Shown in pieces: positions 51,601 to 64,000 of a stretch of 64,000 nt of DNA. The translations under genes were made by a program, and so were the position numbers. Source of the stretch: Tubiluchus corallicola (lineage: Eukaryota > Animalia > Priapulida); contig JAQGDQ010000890.1 in NCBI GenBank assembly GCA_030141605.1, forward strand, positions 1 through 64,000. The letters run 5' to 3'. The notes under the pieces are model-generated. The model was given only the letters and a program-made list of their open reading frames with translations. It made no database searches and was not told the DNA's origin. Positions within the stretch are counted from its first letter, which is position 1. The number at the start of each line of letters is the position of its first letter.

Positions 51601-54259
51601 AACCGTGCACGAGGCGGAGTGATCCTCTATATGTGAAAACGTTTTTCAAAAAGTAGTTTTGCTTATTTTTTCTCAAATCATGTAGTGCCCATACGGAATT
51701 CCCTACCATCACATATATATGGACATCTTTTGGTCAGTTGATTACCAAATTATTTCGAAAACGTTTAAACACCTTGGATTTAAATCAGTGTTTGTATTAC
51801 GATAGGCACATGTAAACAAATTGCTATTATTAGTAATTTAATATTACTTTATTTAGATTATTCTGTAATGTTGTGTATCACATTATCTGGTGCACTTAAG
51901 CAGTGTATCTTTGTGCGTCTCTTCCGCTACCTAGTGATCGTTTTTATTGTCATATATTTAGTATTTTTATTTGCTTTATTGTATTATTTTATGGGTGTCA
52001 AAAAAACCAACCACACTGCAGTAAACACTGCTGCTACGTACAACAGTGTAGTTTCAGAAAATTTCATTCGTTCATTCTTTTCACATCACAAACACTAATT
52101 AAAAATAAGTGTTTAAAAAATCATCGAATTTATGACCTGGGCAAATGTTCAAAGGCTAAATCACCTGCTTATAAGAACCTTTTGAAAAGTAAAAGTCTAA
52201 TTAAACCACAGAATTTAATCTAGTTTTAAAAGGTTTTGTGGTTTTCCCTGTTACAAGTGGAAATCCATTTACTTATGCTGGTAAGCTATTCCAGACAGGG
52301 TCAACCCTATTTGAGAAAAGTCACCAAAATCTTTTTCTCAGTACGTCTAACAAAGAGTTTGAGTGAATGGTTACTTCTGGTTTTGTTGACAATAGCCATA
52401 GTAAAAAGATAGTCGAAATCTAGATACAGCTCTTTATGGACAATTTTATGAACAATTTTCCAAATGCAAACACAATTTCATTTCATATAACGGAAATTAT
52501 TTGTTTTATACATTTATAGAGACGTCTCAGCGGGCGTTTCAGAAGAACCCACTAATTTCATTTTGAATTATCTCTGCAGAAACTAGAATTGACCAGTGAC
52601 GTTGATCTTGCGGTAAACTCTTACTGAGTAACTAAGTTTTTTTAGCCAAGATTTGAAGTTTTGCCCGCTGCCTTGCTGATTCTAAGCCACGAAGTAAAAA
52701 TCGCACCGTAGCTGTGTGTAAGAAAAAAACGTGTTGTGTCGCATGAACATTTTGAACAAAGCGGTTTTCCCATTGACAATATAAAGCATTTTTCACATTT
52801 TTTGTTTAAAAGGCAGTGAAAAAACAAAAGTTGCAAAAATTTAGTTTGGATTTAAAAAGAACTGTCAGAACGCTGTAAGAAAACACGTATAGGGGTTTGT
52901 TTAAAGAGACTTTTATCCCGGGAATTTTGGGTTTGAACACCCTAGGTATCTATTTTTTGAAAAAACTGTGCTTATTGTGAAAAAATGCTCAAAGAATGCA
53001 ACAACAAATTGGTTAATATAAAAATTTAATTTAGTTTCATAAATTTTAGTAGTTTGTCAATATTTTTCACTAAGAATAATGAAAGCACACCGTCGTCTTT
53101 CTCGCGGATTTTAGGAAACTTTTGAAACCAAGATGCTCTTTTAACACCAAATATCTACATATAATTTACAGTCCGGTCTGGTAGCCGAGAAAAAGGGATT
53201 GACTGGATTGATACAGCTGCCAAACTTTCAAAAATGATTCTTCAGGTCAACTTAACAGCGTTTTGGACGTTTTTATACAATTTCACGCTTTGGCCCGGGG
53301 TACTAAAAGGTCAAGTTGTAAAATTGCTGCAATAGACGAAGATGAGTTTGATGCCACCATCATTTTCCTCATTGCCTCATTTTTACGCCTATATACCACA
53401 GTGATGCTTACGGTTTTACAAAAGCGTTTCTGATAATTAAACAATAGATTAAAAATTTAATTAACGGCGAGCGAGCCCAACTATTGATGACATCACAAAC
53501 TAACATAATTTTCAATAGCAGAAAGATTCCACGAGCGTGTTGCACGTGTTTGCGAAAGCCAAAATTGAAGTACAGTGCTACTGAAAGATATTCAGTGTGT
53601 TGTACTAAAACTAGGAAAGTTTTAAGATAAAAATTCTAATTTCAAATTTACCGTTGTGCTCGCGCATGAGCTGTCAAACGTGTGTAGTTCGTCACAAACT
53701 AACACATCTCAACTGAGAGGTACAGCACCTGTTTTTTGTGCAATGCGCTTCCGAAATGCAGGCGCTAGTGCCCGTCTATCTAGCGAATGGCGAAATGCAT
53801 GCAACAGCGAGGAGCTAGTGGCGCGAACGTGAAATTGTGTTTGAGTGGTAATAATTCTTTCACGTAAATCATTTTTGAAAAAATAGTATTTTAAAGAGTA
53901 GGTTGTTTTGACCTACAGTCTAAGATTGGGTCCAGTTTTGCTTTAAAGAAGTGAAAAACTGTATCGGTTATTGATAGAAACGCCTTCATCTAGTTTGCAC
54001 TGATAATGGTGGATGAATCGAGCAATTGCTGCAAATTTTAACAATAATGACATGCAAGGTTTTTCCGGCATTTAATTTTTGACTTGTTGATTTAAAGCTG
54101 TTGCCTTTTTGGAAAAAATTAAAGGAAGTGTTTGGGGTGTTTATTCAAAGCGTATGCAACATCAGTGTGGCACTTTTCAACAGACTCCTTATTTTTTTCT
54201 TAAAATATCATAAACAAAACTTAAGCACGCTTTTTTGTGCCACATGAGACAATATAAAT

Positions 54260-54527
54260 ATAATGCTTTACATAATACTAAGACCATGATGGTAAAGTTT
54301 CAGCATGTATTACACAGTGCACAGGTCTGTGCAGTCATACAGTAACTAAATTGAAAGACATAAGACTTGATATGTATTGATATAATTGCAGAAGTAGACA
54401 CTGAAGAGCTCTGCTCAAAAGTCTTATGTCTTTCAATTTAGTTACTGCATGACTGCATATACTTGTGCACTGTACAATAAATGCTGAAACTTTACCATCG
54501 TGGTCTTAGTATTATTTAAAGTATTAT
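54260..54527. mobile_element. Fold-back element (~108-bp arms) with a degenerate hammerhead core; Penelope-like remnant
   Basis: Arms 54260-54368 and 54419-54527; agaca-CTGAAGA-gctctgctc-aaaa-gtctta-tgtct at 54396-54431. Confidence 0.55.
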
Positions 54528-56239
54528 TGAAATTCTATACCACAACGAATCTGTTTAAACATTTATTACAATACGTTAAACCAGTGCAATATTCGTACAT
54601 TCTGCAAAATTATGGTAACGCTTCGACACAAGTATAATAGGTTCGTTGAACACTTTTTCAGACAGCTTAAATAAATTAAACAACTACAATAACAGCAAAA
54701 AGGAGGGGAACCGTAATAAGGTGAAAGAATTAAAGTTTGTCAAATGCACTAGCAAACTTGCTATTTTCCAGGATGTTTTTACTGCAAAATACTCAAAATG
54801 CACAGAAATTGTACATTGAGTGAAAAACTTCGCTATATTGCCAATCAGTGTTTTTCAAATTCAGTACAATAGTATAGCAGATCCCCGCTGCAGTACAATT
54901 ATTCTTTTATGATAACGATAAGGTATGAAACATAGTAACTTATTACAATATGAAGTAACAATTATAATGTCACAATGTATTGAATATCACTATATTGTAC
55001 TGAATGTCACAATAATAAAAACTTCAAAAAAAGTTTATTACTGATTTTGAGAGGTTTGTTTTGCAAAGAAGCTATCATCATCGCAGTTTGTTAAACTCTG
55101 ACTCAGCATTGTTGTCAAAAGGAACAGCAGAAACTAAATTCGCCAAGACAAACTATAGCGATGTTACTTGAAGTAACCTTGTTAAGTTTACCCTCGTGTA
55201 ACATGTCTTTGCTGAAATTAAAGGCTAATCAAGTTCACAAGAAAACTAAATTCTCAATTCTCGAAATGTGCGACTGAGTGAAGCCAAACATGACCTTGGT
55301 TTTCCTTGAACGCAATCAGGAAGATTGGCAGGCATGAGATATGTTGTAGAACTTTCCCGCTGTCAGATAAATTTCATTCACGTTTTATACAAATAATTTT
55401 CGGGAGCAACTCATTATATCCCAACGGACCCTAAAAGTGGGGTGAGGGCAGCCCTAGATTAAATATTAACCATTAAGCAAAATCAGCTCATGCTTGGGGC
55501 CTTAGGGGAAGAAGGACCCACACAGTTTTTTCAAATCGAATAATTATCCAAAAGTAAAATATACCGGAATATGTGTGGTTGTTTCTGCTGTGATTGTTAC
55601 AACATGACCGTACGGATGGGCATCGAAATTCTGGCTTCTGAACAGCCTGAGCTGCCCACTGTCCATATGGTGATATTGATTCATTATATAATGTGTCTTA
55701 ATATATTTCTAGTGTGGTAATACTTATAAAAATGTGTTGATACTGAAAACAGGATAATCCTGCTTTTGACTGTGTATATTTTATCATATTTATGGTGATG
55801 ATGACCACGTGACTATTGTAAATTAATCTTTCTGCAAGCTTTTTTTTCCATTTCGAAAGATAAAATTTCATTTTACAGTTTATTATTGTTTCTACTCTCA
55901 ATTACACAACATGGGGACACCATAATCATTTCAGTGCTTAAAGCCTGTTCAGGTTTTAATCCCGCCCTAAAGAGAAAAGACAAAAACAAGTTTTATTTAC
56001 CGTCGGTCATTTAACACACAACAGTTATTACTATTAATACTATTATTAGCACCATTACTGTTATTACTATTACTGTTATTACTATTACTATTATTACTAT
56101 TATTAGCACTAACGTTATTACTACCGTTATTACTAATATTAGCACTAACGGTTATTTAGTGACTTACACTTACAACAATACAGATAAGGACGCAACACAC
56201 AAATAACAAATAACATATAGGGTTCATGTCCTGGCGTTT

Positions 56240-56303
56240 GCAGCCGCTAGACTCGAACTCAAGACTGTATGGTTGCAGTCCAAAATCTAAACCACTCGAC
56301 CAC
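56240..56303 (-). mobile_element. tRNA-derived SINE head
   Basis: Minus strand A-box TGGTCGAGTGG and B-box GAGTTCGAGTC, with no complete cloverleaf; similar heads at ~27368-27428 (+) and ~25085 (+). Confidence 0.55.
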
Positions 56304-56834
56304 ACAACCTACAACCCTGGGGGGGGGGGGGTGAGTCGTGAACGTAAATGCCACACTTACATCTAGTCTATATGTTTCTAGCCGATGTTATTCGTGTTTG
56401 CCATACTCTGGTCTTGCGCCTCTGTACATGTTCTGCCAGTAGTGAAGATTAATTGTAATCTGTCCTCCTCGAATCAATATCCAGAACAGTACTCGTACAA
56501 TACTACCGGCTTCGAATACGTGTAAGAACATAACTGCAATAAAGTATAGTAAATTAAGAATAATGGGCCACATAGGCTTAGGTGTAATATTGCTGCAGTG
56601 TTTGAGATGGCTTGTCAAGTTACCTATAAGCAGGCAATCTATCATCAAACAGACAGATACGCATCGATTCAGGTCACGTGTTCTGATCAAGTTGCTAGGT
56701 TTCACGCAAACTATAACGACTAAGTAGCAAACCTTTTAACTTGTGAGTACTTCTGGTTTCAATACCAATCATAGAAAATTAATGACGGGAACAACGATAA
56801 GAAATCAAAACTAACGTCTGATCACGGAAATCTA

Positions 56835-57750
56835 AGGCCCATTTCACACAGAGGACGCAAGGAAAATGTCGCACGGAATAACTGTAGTCAGAAAATGAGA
56901 GGATCTGCAGAAAATTTTCGAGTTCTTTTTGTCAACGCACGTAACAAGAAAGTTCCTTTCACACAGAAAAAACGCGGTTTTTAACCCGCATTTAGCTACT
57001 TCAGAACCTATGATACATTATAATAATGTAACCGGACGCCATTGTATTTTCTCACAACAATCTAGATTCTAATGACAATGACGTTAATCATATCCTGGTA
57101 ATCAGTCTCGAACCCGAACCGTGAGCCAAAACTTAGTGCGGTTCCTGGCACTGACTAGCGCCCTTCGTTAGTGAATTCCAGTCTGCTTGTCTATATGCTT
57201 CATACTCATCTTATCCATGTTGTTACGTATGTAATAAACGGTCTCTCTAAATAGTTTTGGGTTGGTGTTTATCGTTGCTACAATAACATCTATACATACT
57301 TATATGTATATATCTACATATATCTATATAAACAAATAAATAAATAATATGTATATATACATATTCTTTATTTGTTTTTAAAAATGTAAGTATAATTATT
57401 GCATTAATAAAACAAAAAATCGTCTGTGTGCTAAAAGTCGCATTAAAAGCTTACAATTTTGTGCTGAATCACACTAATTGTTGTTCGCTAAACAAGAAAG
57501 AACTAATTAACTAGTTCCGTAAAAACGGAACATGCACTGTTTCTACCAAGCGGCAAATTTCCTCATGAGGAGGACGCGTAGCTTCTAGCTAATGCAGCTT
57601 TTTCGCGTGGAAAGCCACGAGGAAAATGCCTTGTGGGACGTCTGTGTGAAATGCGTCATAGAAAAAGCAATGTTTCATTTTCATGAGGAATCACGGAAGG
57701 AATTTTCCCTCGAAGAACTTTGCCGCGCGCCTTCTGTGTGAAATGGGCCT
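56835..57750. mobile_element. MITE with Harbinger-like TIRs
   Basis: ta|aggcccatttcacacaga ... tctgtgtgaaatgggcct|ta (perfect 18-bp TIR); internal ttcacacaga repeats. Confidence 0.85.
57027..57282 (+). mobile_element. Solo LTR (Gypsy-like) nested in the MITE
   Basis: TGTAAC...GCTACA termini, 4-bp TSD ataa on both sides, AATAAA at ~57233. Confidence 0.7.
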
Positions 57751-58612
57751 TATGTATCACATCAGCTATAACAATGCTTAATCAACGATTGCTGGAAAGA
57801 AGCGAATCACTGTAGATTTTTACACTGTGTGTTGGTCGCTCGTAAAGATATTAATGACATTGTCACGCTGAATGTAATGAATGAGGTAGGCAGTTGTAGA
57901 AAACGCGTGTGTGCAGTAATTTTTCAACTGTTGGAGGCGCTTGGGAGCTTTTTCAAATTACCTACTGGCGCCAGAGAATTCCAAAGAATCCCGTTCAGCT
58001 TCAACAGTTACAACAGATTTGTGTTTCCTCATTTTAATTGTATAGGTACTTTTTGAAAAACCATACAGTTCGAATTTTTATGCATTTCGGTACACTGCAT
58101 CCGTCACGTTAGAATCCTTCATGCAGTAACTGCAGAGTGTATCATCTATGTTAAGTGGTTATGGCGGGACCGGAATCTTTCTCACTACTTCCTTTCTTCC
58201 TCACTCATGTCTTACCTTAAGGTTAAATGCCGAATACAATATAAATTTTAGCTCACAATACATTTATGTGCATACATGTATAACATGTATAAAATTTATT
58301 CTGGTTTTATCGTAAATTTTAGCAAAACTCCTTGTTCTTATATATTTGTAAGTAAAGCGCAAATTTAGAAAAGTTTGTCATTTTTAATACTGTCCTAATA
58401 GTATAATCTAAATAATCCCAGTGAATGAATTCTGTTATTATGGGCCTTAATTATTGTGAATAATTACTAAAATATTTTATAAGCAAATTACACTTATATC
58501 ATGATACAGTGCAGAATCATCGCCTTGCAAAATAGAGGCCTTGCAAGTATATATATATATATATATGTATGTAAGCAAGGCCTCTATTTACATATTGTGC
58601 AAATAAAGATTT

Positions 58613-58670
<58 letters not shown>

Positions 58671-58685
58671 AGATCATCATCATCT
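58613..58685. repeat. (CAT)n microsatellite
   Basis: Seen directly. Confidence 0.95.
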
Positions 58686-59125
58686 TCATGAATTACCTTA
58701 GTTATACTTAGGATACATGCTTCAATACGAAAAATATCCAGCAGTAGTATTGTTGATGAAGCTAACCGAAAACATTTTCAAAATCTGACAGCCAACCATT
58801 GACTGAGAAGACCCAATGTTGCTTCAATTCGTCGCCAAATACACACAGTTAACGTCCAACCGCATTTCCCTTCACCCGTAAAACCACTTAAATAAATGAT
58901 ATTTACTGGCCTTCTCACAATTTGGACTTACATTACTGCACAACCTATAGTTATTCAGCTTCATTTAAAGTGCTATATTTACCACTGAATCGATAAAGTA
59001 ATGAAAATTTTACCCAATATTTGCACCGTATAGTGGACACAAGAGACGAGCAAAGCAAGACGTAGCAAAGCTTTATCCACCGAATGACACATATGTACTA
59101 AAAACGCTGTTATACCTGAAATTAA

Positions 59126-59643
59126 TAATATCTTAGAATTACATTTATAAAATGAAAAGAAATGTATTCTTGGCTGAAATGACACTATCCAATAATTCCT
59201 AATATCTTAGAATTACATTTATAAAATGAAAAGAAATGTATTCTTGGCTGAAACGGCACTATCCAATAATTCCTAATATCTTAGAATTACATTTATAAAA
59301 TGAAAAGAAATGTATTCGTGGCTGAAATGGCACTATCCAATAATTCCTAATATCTTAGAATTACATTTATAAAATGAAAAGAAATGTATTCTTGGCTGAT
59401 ATGGCACTATTCAGTAATTCCTAATATCTTAGAATTACATTTATAAAATGAAAAGAAATGTATTCGTGGCTGAAATGGCACTATCCAATAATTCCTAATA
59501 TCTTAGAGTTACATTTATAAAATGAAAAGAAATGTATTCTTGGCTGAAATGGCACTATCCAATAATTCCTAATATCTTAGAATTACATTTATAAAATGAA
59601 AAGAAATGTATTCTTGGTTGAAATGGCACTATCCAATAATTCC
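59126..59643. repeat. 74-bp tandem repeat, 7 copies
   Basis: Unit taatatcttagaattacatttataaaatgaaaagaaatgtattcttggctgaaatggcactatccaataattcc starting at 59126, 59200, 59274 and onward. Confidence 0.95.
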
Positions 59644-60419
59644 TGACTCCAAAACAGATTACATTACATAACAAAAAATTTCTGCACTCACAAGATGGCG
59701 CTAACATTTAAAATGGCGCGAATTTCGAATTGTGATTAGTTGCTCTATACGGCGAATTTCGAATTGTGATTAGTTGCTCTATACGGTTGTTTTATTGACA
59801 AGCCACTGGCATAGCAGTGTCTAGTTTTTTGCTGAATTACTGCTGTGTTTACCTGTCTTGAGGGCAGAGTTTTTCTATTTTAGAATTCTGCCTGCCCAAT
59901 GTCTACAATTGACGTAATGGGCATATGATGATGATGATACGGTTGTTAACGAATGTTTCTCATTCTTAAACTTAAACTTTCTGTTCTTTTAAAAAATATA
60001 TAACTTTTAATATAACATTTATTTCTTTTACTCACATGCTAACGCTGCACCGTAAAACCTGACTCCCAGGGCTGATTCTGGTGCCATTGTAACCCCATAG
60101 ACAAGACTGTACAGATTAGCTGGGAACAACAGCGACTGTAAAAATTGAAAACTGATCTTTATAACAACGTATTAGTCTTACACCAGTAGCCTGCCCTCGC
60201 CTCTCCGAACGTATAATAGTATAACAAAACGTATAATAAAAGTATCAGTAAAAATCTGGGTTTTTTAACAAAGAAACTGGATGGTGAGAGAGAAACTGGA
60301 TGGTATACCCACTGCAGGCCCCACTCATTACCTGTACATTTTTGCAATAGTGTTACAGTTGGTTATTTTCCATTTCACATTTTTATTTTCAGGTTTAACA
60401 GTAACTGTTCAAATTAACC

Positions 60420-60567
60420 ACTACTACTACTACTACTACTACTACTTTTAGTGGTGGTGGTCGTGGTAATAATGATAATAATAATAACAATAATAATAAT
60501 GACAATAATAATAATAATAATAACAACAACAACAACAACAACAACAACAAACACCACCACCACCACC

Positions 60568-60618
<51 letters not shown>

Positions 60619-60645
60619 AATAATAATAACAATAACAATAATATT
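60420..60645. repeat. Compound trinucleotide microsatellite (CTA/AAT/AAC/ACC)
   Basis: Seen directly. Confidence 0.95.
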
Positions 60646-61212
60646 GAATATGACACAACTAAGCGTTGTATCTTAACGTTTTATTCATTTTCGTTTTAGT
60701 TTTTAACATTAAACGTGAAATACAGTAGAGAGTAATACTTTTAGGAAAGACAGAAGAACAAAGCGGTAGATGGTTTAGATGTATTCAATTGAAATTTGTC
60801 ACACTTACCAAAATGGACAGCAATGCATACGTTGCTGTTTCCAACATTTCCCAGTATAAAAGTCCTCTAGGTAACTTGCTGTACAAGTGTTCACTATGAC
60901 CAAGGATCTGACTGATCTGCAAACATTAATGTTTTTATTACTGTTAGGAAAAGAATAACAAATATACAATCCTATTAATAACCAGTTCAATATTTAATCA
61001 TGACATTTACGTAATTTGTATGAATAAATAGAAAACCTGTTAAATTTTAAAGCCACTGACATTCGAACCTAATTTTTCTGTATCTTCTGCAAAATCTTCT
61101 ATACTATTCCATACCTTATAGGTGTCTGGGTGCAATTTAGACTTATCTAATTATTTGCTTCTACGGCGACATTTTATTCTGCCCTCATCTTTCAGACAAC
61201 AACACTCATTAA

Positions 61213-61754
61213 AGGAGAGGACAAGCCATTTAGCATGCTAGGATTATTTTACTTAAATCACTTAAACTTAGAAAAATAAAAGTGGCAAAAACTGTCTGTA
61301 AAGCATAAAGCTAGTTACCACTGTACAGAAATTTTCTGACGCGATTGTAGCCTCTATTCGCCTAAAAATGATGACCTAGCTGGTGGACTTCGTGATGTTT
61401 TTCGGAAGGCCAACGTGGCTTTCCACAAACGCACGCTACATAAACTAATTCAATCTTCTACAGCTTACCAAACGCTCGTGCAAAAATATCACAAAATTAG
61501 CTATCTAATTTTATGTAAAAATCTTGTAAAAGATGTTTGAAGGAAATTGACAGTGCGCTGCTTTTCTTCAGCCGACGTCACTGGTGGAAGAATAGGCATT
61601 CAAAATAAGAGCGCTCAATCGTGAAATGATCACGACTTTACAGTAATTTTACTAATTTCACCAGAAACTTATCACACGTTTAATACTGAATCCTTCTCGG
61701 ATTTTTGCGAACAAAGAAATAAGCTTAACATCCCAGAAGGGTATTTGCCTTTCT
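61213..61754. mobile_element. Possible TTAA-flanked MITE
   Basis: ttaa|aggagaggacaagcc ... gggtatttgcctttct|ttaa; TIR only weakly complementary. Confidence 0.35.
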
Positions 61755-62159
61755 TTAACAATTTAATACGATCTCATAACACACAAATGTCTCTGTTCTT
61801 GTAACATTAATATTGTGCAACTGCAGGTCTTCTGATTCTAAAAGTAAATATAATAAACTAACTCATGTATGTTCAGTCTTTTCTATAATTACATTTTTGT
61901 TAGTTAGAAATACTGATAATTGAAGGTCAAGTTTAAATGATTTGGTAAGGTTGGTCAGCCAACTTATAAGACAGTGCCTATTTTCAATCACGAAGGTACG
62001 AATTCGATTTTGCAAACGCCAATCCATGACGTGCAAAAAAATTCTGCCTTCTGTTGTGATGTCTGGGTCAAAATGAAAAGAGGGGTAAGAATTTCCGAAA
62101 CGCTGATACAACGATCATGAATGTACATGTTGCACTTACTAACACTGTAACTTCAGATT

Positions 62160-62805
<646 letters not shown>

Positions 62806-63667
62806 TTTTTTGTTGTTACTGTCATAATTTGCGTGAAGAGAAAGTGCACTACCACCACCTACGGCTATGTGATTGCAGGTAATGTCATGATTGCGTTTGA
62901 TAATTTCCCATTCACATTCTCGTTAAAATTTCGCTATAAATGCAGCGCAAGACAGCATGGTGACGTAAAATCAATAGCTTGCAGCGATTATTAAAATCTC
63001 AACATGCAGCGCCTAACAAGAATATTTCACTCAACGTGGCATTTTCGAGTTTCATGAAAAGTCGAGTTCTGAGTTGCGTTTGAAATCCTGCTTCTACCTG
63101 TCAGCTTTAGATTTTTTCAGCACTCGTGAAATTCGTTAGGCTGAATTGGCGCCTTCTGCCCAACTCTATTTTTGTTCTAGCAGCTGCAGCAGCAACTATA
63201 TTGCGTCTATCATTTTAACACCATATTACGACGAACGTCTTTGCCAGAAAGAGACACTTAAATGAGGGATAGAAAATAAATCGCTTAGACCTGACAGAGC
63301 AGCCACTTGAGAATCGCACGGGTGATTGAATTATGAATCCGACTCAAACAGTTGAAACTTAAGTGGAAATGTAATAGAAAAGACATTAAGGCAATAATGA
63401 TTAATAACGTTAGACGATTAAGAAATCGATAGACAGAATGGAGGTGGAAGAGATTTTAACTACTTGCTGTGACGTGAGTAGAATCAGTAAAAGAATAAAA
63501 CCAAATCAGTTTTGACGACAAATAGACAAATACATATGCTGACAAGCAGACAGACAAACAGACAGGCAGACAAAAACGCAAACAAAATGGAGATATAGAA
63601 ACACGGAAAGGAGTGAGTAGGAGTGTGTGAAGAAGTGAGACAAAGAGGGATAACATCACACGCATAC

Positions 63668-63848
<181 letters not shown>

Positions 63849-64000
63849 GCAAAGAGATGGAACGTTTAAAACCAGTTCTCGGAAATGCACTAGCTAAAGA
63901 AACATCATTATAAAAAAATGTTAAGATAATCATTAGAGGACTTGTATAACTTAAGACAGCGTAATTTAAACAGAATACAGGAGAGCATTGAAATCAGTTT

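Noticed and set aside
56240-56303. Possible tRNA gene
   Set aside because: A and B boxes are present but the acceptor and anticodon stems do not pair; treated as a SINE head.

Overview
AT-rich metazoan (invertebrate-like) genomic DNA with two spliced genes on the minus strand, both reconstructed by hand with GT-AG boundaries and consistent phases. (1) ANKRD13C: 12 coding exons, 23349->6286, about 438 aa. (2) A multiple-cysteine-cluster (protostome-type) Toll-like receptor: 11 coding exons, 40626->25585, about 1128 aa, with signal peptide, LRRNT, LRRs, internal LRRCT/LRRNT, LRRs, LRRCT, TM and TIR, plus a probable non-coding first exon near 41.7 kb. Its TIR BB-loop has Ala where the conserved Pro is expected. 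The rest is non-autonomous mobile DNA and repeats: 8-bp-TSD hAT-type MITEs, TTAA- and TA-flanked MITEs, Helentron/HINE-like elements, a solo LTR, SINE heads, and mini/microsatellites. Two near-identical LINE 3' ends form a 1044-bp inverted repeat, and two Penelope-like fold-back remnants carry degenerate minimal hammerhead ribozyme motifs. I found no protein-coding exon in 41.8-64 kb. Most ORF-track entries are spurious or repeat-derived. All family assignments come from recalled motifs, not database searches.
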